In this document: positions 1-9,901 of the stretch, piece after piece
Layout: every line of letters starts with the position of its first letter
Numbering within the stretch: the first letter of the stretch is position 1
The notes under the pieces: model-generated
Databases searched by the model: none
What the model was told of the DNA's origin: nothing
What the model saw: only the letters and a program-made list of their open reading frames with translations
Translations under genes and position numbers: made by a program
DNA from: Polyangiales bacterium
GTDB taxonomy: Bacteria; Myxococcota_A; Polyangia; Polyangiales; Polyangiaceae
Direction of reading: 5' to 3'
DNA length: 64,000 bases
NCBI GenBank assembly: GCA_038231275.1
Contig: JBBRLQ010000020.1
Location: 1 to 64,000, forward strand

Positions 1-26
1 ACACAAGGCCTCACCGGCCTTTCCCC

Positions 27-66
27 CAGGAGCGTTTCGCTCCGCTGCGCTTCGCTCCACTCACTC
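27..66. repeat. REP-like palindromic intergenic repeat (copy 1)
   Basis: CAGGAGCGTTTCGCTCCGCTGCGCTTCGCTCCACTCACTC contains the hairpin GGAGCG-TTT-CGCTCC; a related inverted copy lies at 12320-12350. Confidence 0.55.
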
Positions 67-158
67 GATTGAAATACTGCAATTTCGCGAGGGCGACGAG
101 GCCAAGGATCCTACGAGCACGCCGGGCCGGGCGGTTGTATGAAGGTCGGGAGGCTCCC

Positions 159-677
159 ATGCGTTTTTCTCCCCTTCTCGTTCTCGTGGTTCTCGCCGGT
201 GCGTCTGCGTTTGCGGGCTCGGGGTGCTCGAAGCCCGAGCCGCCGGTCTTGACGCCGAAATCCGCGAAGGTCACCGCCGTCTCGCTCGCCGGCGTCGATC
301 TCGCGCTCGACGTCGACGCGTTCAACCCGAACGCGAGCGAGCTCTCGGCGCGGAGCGTCACCGGCACGGTCGTGCTCGACGGTCGCTACACGCTCGGCGC
401 CGCGACCATGTCGACGCCCATCCGATTGCCGGCCGGCGCGCACACCGATCTCACGGTACCGCTCGCGGCGACCTGGACCGACCTCACCGCGCTCGCGACG
501 CTGGCAGCGACCAACCGTCCGGTACCGTTCACGGTCGACGGGACGGTGAACGTCGGCGGCGATCGGCTCAACGTCGATCTGCCGCTGCACATGGCGGGGA
601 CGCTCACGCACGACGAGCTGGTGAAGGCGGCGTCCCGCTCCCTCGACGCCCTGCCGGGGCTGAAGCTGCCGATGTGA
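159..677 (+). CDS. LEA type 2 (WHy domain) family lipoprotein
   Basis: ATG 159 after GGGAGG; signal ending GSGC; NPN motif (DAFNPN) and beta-rich LEA_2 pattern. Confidence 0.8.
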   Translation: MRFSPLLVLVVLAGASAFAGSGCSKPEPPVLTPKSAKVTAVSLAGVDLALDVDAFNPNASELSARSVTGTVVLDGRYTLGAATMSTPIRLPAGAHTDLTVPLAATWTDLTALATLAATNRPVPFTVDGTVNVGGDRLNVDLPLHMAGTLTHDELVKAASRSLDALPGLKLPM

Positions 678-2362
678 CGAAGGTCCTCGTCGACGCGGAC
701 GTGCGGTGCATGGACACTGCGGAAACGCGCGCCGAGGCGATCGCGTGGAACGATGGGCGCATCGTGGCGGTCGGCACGCGCGACGCCGTCGTGCGGGCGG
801 CAGGGGAAGGCGCGGAGACGGTCGATGCGGATCGAGCGACGGTCCTTCCGGGCTTCGTCGACGCGCACCATCACCCCAGCATCGTGGCCATGTACGGTGG
901 GCTCGTTCGCCTGACGCCGCCGCGCGTGGTGGACATCGCGAGCCTCCAGAAGACCCTCGCCGAGGCGGCCGCGACGCTTCCGGCCGGAGAGTGGCTGGTC
1001 GCGATGGAGTGGGACGAGATGCTCCTCGCCGAGCGGCGCCCGCCGACGCGCGCCGAGCTCGACGACGCGGTGCCCGATCACCCTCTCCTCGCGTTTCACT
1101 ACAGCTGCCACCGCGCGCTCGCCAACGGACGTGCGCTCGCGCTCGCCGAGATCGATCGCGCGACGCCCGACCCGTCGGGCGGCACGATCTCGCGCGGGCC
1201 GCGAGGTGTCCCCGATGGCCTCTTGATCGAGCGCGGCATGAGCCGCGTGGAGATGTTGGCGCGCGCGAGCCTCTTGGCGCGTGACGCGGAGGGGTTCTTC
1301 GAACGACTCGGCCGCCATCACCACGCGCTCGCCGCGGTCGGCATCACGCGCCTCGTCGACGCCACGGTCCCCGGCGACGTCGCGGCGCTCTACCGCGAAG
1401 CCGAGCGCCGCGGCCTCCTCTTGATCCCGACGGTCATGATGCCGGTCTCCACGAGGGGGTACCTCGAGACGCCGTGGGACGTGCTCGACGGTCCGACGAC
1501 GGAGGACGGCGACGGACTCTTGATCAACGGACCGCTCAAGCTCGTCTTCGACGGGGCGCCGGGCTGCGCGATGTGCCTCGGGTGGTGGCAGACCGCGGGC
1601 ACCTTCATGCGCTCGTGGGCGATGGCGCTCGCGCAGCGCTCGCTCGATCCGCTCCGCGCGACGATGTCCTTGGACCCGCGCATCGGCCGAAAAATTCGCA
1701 CGGGCATCCACATCTACGCGCGCGGCGAAGCGCACGCGATCGTCCACGCCGCGGCGTCGCGCGGATTCCAGCTCGCGACGCACGCGATCGGCAACGACGC
1801 GGTCGACGTCGCGCTCGGCGCCTACGAGACGGCCGGCGCAGCGCTCGGTCGCGCCGGCATCCCGCGCATCGAGCACGCCACGTTCTTGGATCGCGAGCTC
1901 GTCGCGCGCATCGCCGGCGTAGGGGCCGCGGTGGTCGCGCAGCCCTATTTTCTAGGCCTTCCCGCGTTCGGGAGCGCACCGTCGATACCGGGGCTCAGGA
2001 TGTCCGCGCTGAGGTGGCTGCTCGACGGAGGCGTGAAGGTGGCCGGCAGCTCCGATCATCCGGTCGCCGGCTTCGATCCACTCGACGGCGTGCGCGCCGC
2101 GGTGGGGCGCGTCACGCGGCGGGGTCACGTCCACGAGCCCGACCAGGCCGTCACGCTCGACGAGGCGCTGGCGATGTACACACGCACGGCCGCGGAGGTC
2201 TCGGGCGCGGGGGCACGCGCGGGGACCCTCGAAGTCGGAAAGCGCGCGGACCTCGTCGTGCTCTCGGGTCCCCTCGCGAGCCTGCGCGATCTGGAGACCG
2301 CACGCGTGCGCGCCACGATCGTCGGCGGCACGACGCTCTTCGGCGACGTGCATAGGCCGTAG
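674..2362 (+). CDS. Amidohydrolase 3 (YtcJ-like) metal-dependent hydrolase
   Basis: GTG overlaps the upstream stop (GTGA); PGFVDAHHH, HAIGND, RIEHA, GSSDHP, GTLEVGKRADLVVL motifs. Confidence 0.85.
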   Translation: MTKVLVDADVRCMDTAETRAEAIAWNDGRIVAVGTRDAVVRAAGEGAETVDADRATVLPGFVDAHHHPSIVAMYGGLVRLTPPRVVDIASLQKTLAEAAATLPAGEWLVAMEWDEMLLAERRPPTRAELDDAVPDHPLLAFHYSCHRALANGRALALAEIDRATPDPSGGTISRGPRGVPDGLLIERGMSRVEMLARASLLARDAEGFFERLGRHHHALAAVGITRLVDATVPGDVAALYREAERRGLLLIPTVMMPVSTRGYLETPWDVLDGPTTEDGDGLLINGPLKLVFDGAPGCAMCLGWWQTAGTFMRSWAMALAQRSLDPLRATMSLDPRIGRKIRTGIHIYARGEAHAIVHAAASRGFQLATHAIGNDAVDVALGAYETAGAALGRAGIPRIEHATFLDRELVARIAGVGAAVVAQPYFLGLPAFGSAPSIPGLRMSALRWLLDGGVKVAGSSDHPVAGFDPLDGVRAAVGRVTRRGHVHEPDQAVTLDEALAMYTRTAAEVSGAGARAGTLEVGKRADLVVLSGPLASLRDLETARVRATIVGGTTLFGDVHRP

Positions 2363-2368
2363 TGGCCG

Positions 2369-3106
2369 CTAGAAATTCTTCGCGGTGAGCTTGGCGTCCC
2401 AGCCGTTGCCGGCGAGATCCTGCGAATAGGACTGCACCATCCCGACGCCGCGGCAGTAGATGCCGAACGCGGTGTAGCTGACGTTCTGGTGCGCCTTCCA
2501 GCACGCCGTGAAGGTGCCTGCGGGGACCGTGATCGTCGGCACCGACTCCCACGTGTAGCCGGTGTTGAAGTACGGCCACGAGTGCCCATCTTGGACCGGC
2601 ACGTCGAGGAAGTGGTTCCACGTGCCCTGGTAGTCGACGTCGGCTTGATCGCCGTTCACGGTCTCGTACGCGGAGCCGACGCCGCTGCAGAACGAGGAGA
2701 CCTCGAACGCGTTTCGACCGTCGACCGTCTTCTGGCCGAGGACCTTCACGTCGTGCGAGCCGTTCGCGCAGAAGCCGCCGCCGACCGATGCGACGTCGTA
2801 GGTCCACGTTCGTCCGAGGGCGAGAGGCATCAGACGATCATCGGGAGCGGCGGAGTCGCCTGTCGCGCCGTCTTGTCCCGGGAGAGCGCCGTCCCTGCCG
2901 GAGCCACCGTCGCCAGACGACGAGCCGCCGGAGTCGGTGCCACCGCCGCCACCTTCACCGCCACCACCGGTCGCCCCCGACGAGCCACCCGCGTCCCCGT
3001 CACCGGGGCCGGTACCAGGTCCGCCGGTCGTCGTGGTCATGACCGCGCACGCGGCGAGCGTGAGCGTAGCGAAGCCGACGATAGAAGCGCGGAGCAGACC
3101 TTGCAC
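2369..3106 (-). CDS. Hypothetical lipoprotein (Gly/Asp-rich linker, TVPAGTF-motif beta domain)
   Basis: Lipobox LAAC, low-complexity DGG/DAG linker, GRTWTY...TITVPAGTF...CRGVGMV; start uncertain. Confidence 0.7.
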   Translation of the reverse strand: MQGLLRASIVGFATLTLAACAVMTTTTGGPGTGPGDGDAGGSSGATGGGGEGGGGGTDSGGSSSGDGGSGRDGALPGQDGATGDSAAPDDRLMPLALGRTWTYDVASVGGGFCANGSHDVKVLGQKTVDGRNAFEVSSFCSGVGSAYETVNGDQADVDYQGTWNHFLDVPVQDGHSWPYFNTGYTWESVPTITVPAGTFTACWKAHQNVSYTAFGIYCRGVGMVQSYSQDLAGNGWDAKLTAKNF

Positions 3107-3168
3107 GGGACCTTCTACGCCATCGCGGCGGCCTTTCTCCCCCGCCACCTGGTGCTACGCTGTCCGCG

Positions 3169-4179
3169 GTGCATCGCGTTCGCAGCCTCGCGCTCCTCCT
3201 CTTCTTCTGCGGGTCCAGCAGCCTCTTCGCCGCGTGCGGCACGAAGAGCTCCGGCGGCGTCACCCCGACGCCGACCCCGGACGGCGGAGACGTCGACAGC
3301 GGCGCGCCTCCTCCGAACGACGGCGGCGGCGGGAGCGACGGCGCGCCTCCCCCCGACGCAGGGACCGAAGCTGGCCCGTACGACGGCGGCTCCGGCCCCG
3401 CCAACCTGCGCGTCGCCGCCGCGAACCTGACGAGCGGCGGCAGCCAATCGTACGATCCCGGCGAGGGCATCCGCATCCTTCAAGGTCTCAAACCCGACGT
3501 CGTCCTCCTCCAGGAGTTCAACTACGGCGCGAACACCGACGTCGACGCGCGCAAGATGATCGACGCCGCGTTCGGTCAGAGCTTCTCCTACTTCCGCGAG
3601 AGCGGCGCCCAGATCCCGAACGGTGTCGTGAGCCGCTGGCCGATTTTGCAGTCGGGGACGTGGACCGATCCGCAGGTCGCGAACCGCACGTTCGTCTACG
3701 CCAAGATCCAGCTCCCAGGCGCGCACCCGCTCTGGGCCGTCAGCATGCACCTTCTCACGTCGAGCGGCACGAGCCGCAACCTGGAGGCGCAAGCGGTGGT
3801 CGCGCAGGTCAACGCGGTGGTGCCGAAGGACGACTACCTGGTCATCGGCGGAGACTTCAACACCGACAACCGCGGCGAGGCATGCATCGTGTCGTTCGGT
3901 GCGATCGTCGCGACGGCCGGCCCCTACCCGGCCGACGGCGCCGGAAACGACAACACCAGCGGCCCACGCACCAAACCCCACGACTGGGTCCTGCCGAGCC
4001 CCGCCCTCGCCGCGCTCCAGGTTCCCACCGTTATCGGCGCCGGGAGCTTCGCCGCAGGCCTCGTCTTCGACAGCCGCGTGTACACCCCGCTCTCGGACGT
4101 CGCACCCGTCGTCGCCACCGACAGCGCCGCCTCGAACATGCAGCACATGGCGGTAGTGAAGGACTTCCACCTTCAGTAG
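3169..4179 (+). CDS. Endonuclease/exonuclease/phosphatase family lipoprotein
   Basis: Lipobox FAAC; AAANL, PDVVLLQE, SRWPI, GGDFN, DWVL and terminal HMAV motifs of the EEP fold. Confidence 0.85.
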   Translation: MHRVRSLALLLFFCGSSSLFAACGTKSSGGVTPTPTPDGGDVDSGAPPPNDGGGGSDGAPPPDAGTEAGPYDGGSGPANLRVAAANLTSGGSQSYDPGEGIRILQGLKPDVVLLQEFNYGANTDVDARKMIDAAFGQSFSYFRESGAQIPNGVVSRWPILQSGTWTDPQVANRTFVYAKIQLPGAHPLWAVSMHLLTSSGTSRNLEAQAVVAQVNAVVPKDDYLVIGGDFNTDNRGEACIVSFGAIVATAGPYPADGAGNDNTSGPRTKPHDWVLPSPALAALQVPTVIGAGSFAAGLVFDSRVYTPLSDVAPVVATDSAASNMQHMAVVKDFHLQ

Positions 4180-4230
4180 TCCCGGCGAGCCTTAGGATCA
4201 GCGCCAGGCGGCCGTTCCCGTAGAGTGACC

Positions 4231-6240
4231 ATGGACGACCCCGCCGCGACGAAGAGAACCGTCTTGCTCGTCGACGACAGCCCCTACTGGACCGAGACGA
4301 TCGGGCAGGCGCTGGAGCGCGAAGGCTACGACGTGACCGTGGTGCACGACGGGCTGACCGCGGTCGAGATGCTCCGACGCTCGCCGCCGCAGATCCTCAT
4401 CACCGACTTTTTCCTCGCCAACCTCGACGGCGGGAAGCTCTGCCAGCTCGCCAAGCAGACGCACGGAGACGCGCCGATCACCACGATCATCCTGACCGGA
4501 GGCGCCGATCGCGAGCATTCGCGAACGCCGTCGAAGTTTGCCGACGCGGTGATCGCCAAGAACTCCCACGAAATCGTGTTCGGCGATCTGCGGCGATCGC
4601 TCCACCAGCTGCGCGAGAGCCTCCCTCCGCTCCCGGGCAGCGCTCCCGTCGTCGGGCACGAGCGACTGAAGCCGCGCCTCATCGCGACCAAGCTGCATGG
4701 GATGAAGCAGTACCTCGACGCGCTGCACGAGGGCATCGGTGACGCGGTGATCGGCGTCGACGCGCAGCTCCGCGTTTATTTTTTGAACTCGGCGGCGCTC
4801 GACGTCTTCGATCTGAAGGAACAGGACGCGCTCGCGCGGCCTATCGAGGAGGTGTTCGGCGTCGGATCCGACCACGAGATTCTCGTCCGCGTGAGGAACG
4901 CGCTCGAAGGTCGCGCGGCGCCGCGCAGGCCGCTCACCGTCCAGATCGGCGCGTCCACGCTGCGCGTGACCGTCGCGGGACTCGAGAGTCAAGACGGCAA
5001 GCCCACGGCGCTCCTCATCGCGCGGGACATCAGCGATCTGCGCGCCGCCGAAGAGGCGCGGCTCGCGCTCGACGCGAAGCTCCACCAGGCCGACAAGATG
5101 GTGGCCCTCGGCCAGCTCGTCGCCGGGGTGTCGCACGAGATCAACAATCCGCTCGCCGCGCTGCTCCCGAACCTGCGCCTGCTCGAGGAGCAGTTCGTGA
5201 AGCTCCAGCGCCGCCCCCCGACCGAGGAAGAGGTCAAGGACACGCGCCAGGCCTTCGAGGACTCCGTGGACGGCGCCGTCCGCATCCGCGCGATCGTCGC
5301 GGAGATGCGGACGTTCGCGCACCCCGAGCAGAGCCGCGGCGAGAAGGTCCACGTCGAGGAGCTCCTCGAGGCGCCGCTCGCCCTCGTCGCCAACGAGGCC
5401 CGCTACAAGGCGCGGATCGAGCGCGCGTACGGCGAGACGCCGGAGATCGTGGTCGATCGGATGCCGCTCAGCCAGGCATTCCTGAACATCCTGCTCAACG
5501 CCGCACAGGCCATCGGCGGCAACGATCCGATGGAGAGCTGGATCCGCGTCGAGACACGGAGCGACGCCGACGGGGTGGCGATCGAGATCTCGAACAACGG
5601 CCCGAGCATCCCGAAGAGCGCGATCGGGAAGCTCTTCGAGCCGTTCTTCACGACGAAGCCGGTGGGCGAAGGCGTGGGGCTCGGCCTCAGCCTCGCCATG
5701 GACACGGTCAAACGTCACGGCGGCGTGATCGTCGCGCGGAGCGACGAAGGGCAGCCGACCGTTTTCAAGGTGTGGCTCCCGGCGAACACCGGCGTCGCGC
5801 CTGCGGTGCGCCTCGGACGCCATCGCTCGATGCCCGCGCCGCCCGCGCGCATCCTCGTCGTCGACGACGATCGCATCGTGCGAAACGCGCTCCGGCGCAT
5901 CCTCGACAAGTCCCACGAGGTCGTCTTGGCCTCCGGTGGCGAGCGCGCGAGAGAGTTGCTCGCGGCGGGCTGGTACGATCTCGTCCTCTGCGACCTCATC
6001 ATGCCCGGCGTCACCGGAATGCGCCTGCACGCCGAGGTGCGCGGGCGATCTCTCGAGCAGGCGGCGCGCTTCGTGTTCCTCACCGGCGGCACCAACAGCG
6101 TCGAGGCGCGCGAGTTCCTGCACAACGTGCCCAACCTCCGCGCCTACAAGCCGCTCGACGCCGCGGAGATCATCTCCCTCGTGGAGCGCGCGCTGAAGGG
6201 CTTCGTCCGAGACCGCGACACACAGCGCCCGCTCGTCTGA
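4231..6240 (+). CDS. Hybrid histidine kinase (REC-PAS-HisKA-HATPase-REC)
   Basis: N- and C-terminal receiver domains, PAS-like segment, H-box SHEINNPL, N box NILLNAAQA, FEPFFTTK and GVGLGL. Confidence 0.9.
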   Translation: MDDPAATKRTVLLVDDSPYWTETIGQALEREGYDVTVVHDGLTAVEMLRRSPPQILITDFFLANLDGGKLCQLAKQTHGDAPITTIILTGGADREHSRTPSKFADAVIAKNSHEIVFGDLRRSLHQLRESLPPLPGSAPVVGHERLKPRLIATKLHGMKQYLDALHEGIGDAVIGVDAQLRVYFLNSAALDVFDLKEQDALARPIEEVFGVGSDHEILVRVRNALEGRAAPRRPLTVQIGASTLRVTVAGLESQDGKPTALLIARDISDLRAAEEARLALDAKLHQADKMVALGQLVAGVSHEINNPLAALLPNLRLLEEQFVKLQRRPPTEEEVKDTRQAFEDSVDGAVRIRAIVAEMRTFAHPEQSRGEKVHVEELLEAPLALVANEARYKARIERAYGETPEIVVDRMPLSQAFLNILLNAAQAIGGNDPMESWIRVETRSDADGVAIEISNNGPSIPKSAIGKLFEPFFTTKPVGEGVGLGLSLAMDTVKRHGGVIVARSDEGQPTVFKVWLPANTGVAPAVRLGRHRSMPAPPARILVVDDDRIVRNALRRILDKSHEVVLASGGERARELLAAGWYDLVLCDLIMPGVTGMRLHAEVRGRSLEQAARFVFLTGGTNSVEAREFLHNVPNLRAYKPLDAAEIISLVERALKGFVRDRDTQRPLV

Positions 6241-6274
6241 ACGCGCGCCAGGAGGCGTTCAGGATGCGCGCCCC

Positions 6275-6631
6275 TCAGCGCGTGTGCGGGCAGCCGTCGA
6301 CGCGATCGGGGAGGAGCTCGGGGCAGAGCTCGAGCTGATCGACGCCGTCGCCGTCGCGATCGTCTGGGAGATCTGCGGCGGTCATGTCGACCGCGAAGCG
6401 TCCGCGCGCCGCCGGATCGCGATCGGGCACGTCCCCTGGCATCGCCATCGACGCGGCCGCGCGGCGCATGGGTCTGGCGGGGTCGCCGGAGCCCGCGGAG
6501 CCCGCGGCGCCAGGACGCGCGCTTTCGGCGGCACCGGCGACCGTCGGCGGCGGCGCGGCCGAGGGCGGCTCCACGCACCCGGAGAGGGCTGCGATCCCCG
6601 TCCACACGATCGCCCAGGCGCGCATTTCCAC
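6275..6631 (-). CDS. Small hypothetical lipoprotein with a thrombospondin type-3-like Ca-binding repeat
   Basis: Lipobox LSGC; C-terminal DRDGDGVDQLELCPE...DGCP; fills the gap between two genes. Confidence 0.5.
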   Translation of the reverse strand: MEMRAWAIVWTGIAALSGCVEPPSAAPPPTVAGAAESARPGAAGSAGSGDPARPMRRAAASMAMPGDVPDRDPAARGRFAVDMTAADLPDDRDGDGVDQLELCPELLPDRVDGCPHTR

Positions 6632-6691
6632 AAGAGTAACATACGGCCGCTTGCGGCATCATTCCCCCGCGGGTATTGCCGAGATCCTAAA

Positions 6692-8836
6692 ATGAGCGCG
6701 CATCCCCTGCTCCTGGAAATCGGCGTCGAAGAGCTGCCCTCGTCCTTCGTGGACGCTGCGCTCGCCGCGCTGCCCGCCCTCGTGTCCGGCCGCCTCGGCG
6801 AGCTTCGCCTCCTCCACGGCGACGTGAAGGCCCTCGGAACTCCGCGCCGCCTCGCCGTGATCGTGAAGGAGGTCGCCCTCCAGCAGCTCGACTTGGACGA
6901 GGAGGTCGTCGGGCCGCCGGAGAGCGCGGCCTTCAAGGACGGCAAGCCCACCAGGGCCGCCGAGGCCTTCGCCGCCAAGCTCGGCGTCCCGCTCGATCAG
7001 GTGCACGTCGTCGAGAAGCCGGCCTCCGGAAAGCAGAAGGCGGGGCGCTACCTCGTCGGTCGCCGCGCCGAAAAAGGGCGATCCGCGCGCGAGCTCCTCG
7101 GCAAAGAGCTCGCGCTGGTCTGCGAGAAGATCCCGTTCAAGAAATCGATGCGCTGGGGCTCGGCCGACGTGACGTTCGGGCGGCCGGTGCAGTGGATCGT
7201 GGCGCTCTTCGGCGAGGAGCAGATCGATCTGACCTTCGCCGGCATCCGCTCGGGGAGGACGTCGCGCGGGCATCGCTTCCTCGCCAAGGGGGACGTCACC
7301 ATCACCAGCGCGCAGACGTACGTGGAGCAGCTCCGCGCCGCCCACGTCGTCGTCGACCGCGAAGAGCGCGCGCGCGTGATGATGGAGAAGGTGGCGGCCG
7401 CGGCGAAGGCAGCCGGCGGCGTGCACGATCCGGAGCCGTCGCTCGTTGACGACAACGCGTCGCTCGTCGAGGAGCCGCACGTCGTCACCGGCTCGTTCGA
7501 TCCGGCGTTCCTCGAGCTGCCGGCCGCCGTCATCCGCGCCGTCGCGCGCGGCCACCAGAAGTACTTCTGCGTCCAGAAGAGCGACGCGGAGCTCCTCCCC
7601 CACTACATCACCGTGGTCAACACCGCGCAGATGCCCGCCAACATCACGCGCGGCAACGATCGCGTCATGCGCGCGCGCCTCTCCGACGCAAAATTCTTCG
7701 TGGGGGAGGACAAGAAGGCCAACCTCGAGGACCGCGTCGAAAAGCTCGGCGGCATCGTGTTCCACAACCGCCTCGGGACCGTGCGCGAGAAGGTGACGCG
7801 CCTGGAGAAGCTGGCGGCTGCCATCGCGGACCGCGTCGGCGAGGACGCGGCGACGTGCGTGCGCGCCGCGCACCTGTGCAAATCGGACCTGGCGTCGCTC
7901 ATGGTCGGCGAGTTTCCCGAGCTGCAGGGGCACATGGGGCGCTCGTACGCACTGCACGCGAACGAGGCGCCGGCGGTGGCCGACGCGATCCGCGATCACT
8001 ACCGCCCCGTCGGCGCGCACGACGACGTCGCGCCCCAGGGACCCTCGGCGGTCGTCGCGCTCGCCGATCGTCTCGACTCGCTCACCGGCTGCTTCGCCGT
8101 CGGCCTCTCGCCCACCGGCACCGCGGACCCGTTCGCGCTTCGTCGGGCCTGCATCGCCGCGCTGCGAACGCTGATGGATCTCGGCGACACGAACCCGCGC
8201 TGGGCGGAGCTGTCGTTCGTCACGCTCGTCGGCGACGCGTACGCGGGCCTCGAGGGGAAGAAGCTCGATCTCACCGCCGACGCGACCGCCGCAAAGATCG
8301 CCGAGTTCTCGACGGAGCGCCTGCGCGGCCTCCTCGCCGGCATCTCGAGCAACCCGGTCGCCGACGCGATCCTCGGCAGCTTCGCCTTCGTGGGCGACGC
8401 GCGCCACACCATCGTCGCCTTCCCGGCGTACGCGGCGTGGAAGGCGCGCGCCCTCCAGAAGGCGGTCGACGGAAAGGAAGCGTGGCTCGACAACGCGCGC
8501 ACGGTCACCAAGCGCCTCGCCGGCATCAGCAAGTCGGCCGCGCCGCGCTTCCACGATCTCGCGGTCCTCGGCGCGACGCCGGCCGACGCCGCGAAGAACG
8601 GCCTCATCGTGAAGCTCGTCGAGACGGTCGACGCGGCGACGAAGGATCTCGCCGGCGCGCGTCAGGTCGAGGCAGCCATCCGCTCCATGCGAGAGGTCGC
8701 CGAGGGGCTCGAGAAGGTCTTCACGGAGATGCTCGTCAACGATCCGGCCGATCCGCTCACGCCGCAGCGCCTCGAGCTCCTCAGCTACGGCGCGGGCTGC
8801 ATGCTGCGGATCGCCGATTTTTCTCGGCTGGCGTGA
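6692..8836 (+). CDS. glyS: Glycine--tRNA ligase beta subunit
   Basis: LLLEIGVEELP, TPRRLAV, KSMRWG, RPVQW, EFPELQG, GTADPFALRR motifs. Confidence 0.95.
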   Translation: MSAHPLLLEIGVEELPSSFVDAALAALPALVSGRLGELRLLHGDVKALGTPRRLAVIVKEVALQQLDLDEEVVGPPESAAFKDGKPTRAAEAFAAKLGVPLDQVHVVEKPASGKQKAGRYLVGRRAEKGRSARELLGKELALVCEKIPFKKSMRWGSADVTFGRPVQWIVALFGEEQIDLTFAGIRSGRTSRGHRFLAKGDVTITSAQTYVEQLRAAHVVVDREERARVMMEKVAAAAKAAGGVHDPEPSLVDDNASLVEEPHVVTGSFDPAFLELPAAVIRAVARGHQKYFCVQKSDAELLPHYITVVNTAQMPANITRGNDRVMRARLSDAKFFVGEDKKANLEDRVEKLGGIVFHNRLGTVREKVTRLEKLAAAIADRVGEDAATCVRAAHLCKSDLASLMVGEFPELQGHMGRSYALHANEAPAVADAIRDHYRPVGAHDDVAPQGPSAVVALADRLDSLTGCFAVGLSPTGTADPFALRRACIAALRTLMDLGDTNPRWAELSFVTLVGDAYAGLEGKKLDLTADATAAKIAEFSTERLRGLLAGISSNPVADAILGSFAFVGDARHTIVAFPAYAAWKARALQKAVDGKEAWLDNARTVTKRLAGISKSAAPRFHDLAVLGATPADAAKNGLIVKLVETVDAATKDLAGARQVEAAIRSMREVAEGLEKVFTEMLVNDPADPLTPQRLELLSYGAGCMLRIADFSRLA

Positions 8837-8837
8837 G

Positions 8838-9857
8838 CTATTTCAGGAACACACGAAGGGTCGAGAGCGACTTGCCGGCAGCGGTCGTCGCGATCGCCGA
8901 CACGTACGTGATCGTCCCGCCGGTCTCGGTCACCGTCACCGGGAAGGCCGCGGGCGTGCACGTCGGATGCGCCACCGACACGGTGAGATCGGCGCCGGCC
9001 GTCGCGTTGTAGACGAACGCGTGGGGAAGGCTGCCCGCTTGCGCGCTGGTCGTCGCGGCGTCCGGGAACCCTGAGTTCGTGTAGATGATCTTCGCCGCGC
9101 CACCGCCCGAGACGGCGATCGTGGCACCCGCCTCGCTGGCGCACGACGAGCGCGCGACGATCTCCACGGCGACGATCCCGCCGGTGGCCGAGTAGCCGGG
9201 GAGTGCCTGGGTGAGGAGGCTGCCGGTGCTGTCGGAGACGAGATCGACGGTCCCCAGGTCCACGCCGATCGGCGCGGACAGCTGCTGACCCGACCGTGCC
9301 CAGTATCCTGACGTCGTCGCCTGGAAGCGAAACGGGACGCCCGGCGAGAAGTCGACCGCGAAGGTCCCATTCGCCTGCGTCGTGCCCTGCCCGAGGGCCT
9401 GCACCGTAGCGCCGCCGATCGCCTTCTTGGTCGAGAGATCGACGAGCTTGCCCGACAGCGTGACCCGCGCGCCGCTCGCGTCGCCGCCTCCTCCTCCCTC
9501 GGTGGGAACGATGCCGCCTTCTCCGGGCGGGGCGGCGCCGTCGCGATCGCAGAGCGCCGAGACCGACTCCGCCGCGCAGTTGCTCCCGCAGACCTCGTCG
9601 CGACCTTGGCCGAAGCACCCGCCGTTCGGGCCGAACTCCTTCGTCAGATCCGCGGCGGTGGTCGGCGAGATCTTCTGCATGCACGCGATGTACGCGTCGC
9701 ACGTAGCGTGCGCGATCGCGGTCACGTCGGGTCCGGCGTCGGTGGGGCCCGCGTCGCTCGTTCCGCCTTTGCAGCCTGTGAGCGGCGCGAGCCACACAAA
9801 CGACGTAAGCGAAACGAGCGCGAGCCACGCCAAACTGCCGCGCTGCGAAGAAGACAT
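8838..9857 (-). CDS. Hypothetical lipoprotein with carboxypeptidase-regulatory-like Ig domains
   Basis: Signal ending LTGC, Cys-rich N part, DAG linker, LSGKLVD...IGGATV...ANGTF pattern; start moved to ATG 9857. Confidence 0.7.
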   Translation of the reverse strand: MSSSQRGSLAWLALVSLTSFVWLAPLTGCKGGTSDAGPTDAGPDVTAIAHATCDAYIACMQKISPTTAADLTKEFGPNGGCFGQGRDEVCGSNCAAESVSALCDRDGAAPPGEGGIVPTEGGGGGDASGARVTLSGKLVDLSTKKAIGGATVQALGQGTTQANGTFAVDFSPGVPFRFQATTSGYWARSGQQLSAPIGVDLGTVDLVSDSTGSLLTQALPGYSATGGIVAVEIVARSSCASEAGATIAVSGGGAAKIIYTNSGFPDAATTSAQAGSLPHAFVYNATAGADLTVSVAHPTCTPAAFPVTVTETGGTITYVSAIATTAAGKSLSTLRVFLK

Positions 9858-9901
9858 GGAAGGATTTAGCACTCGCCCCCGGGCCGGCAACTGCGCGCGC
9901 A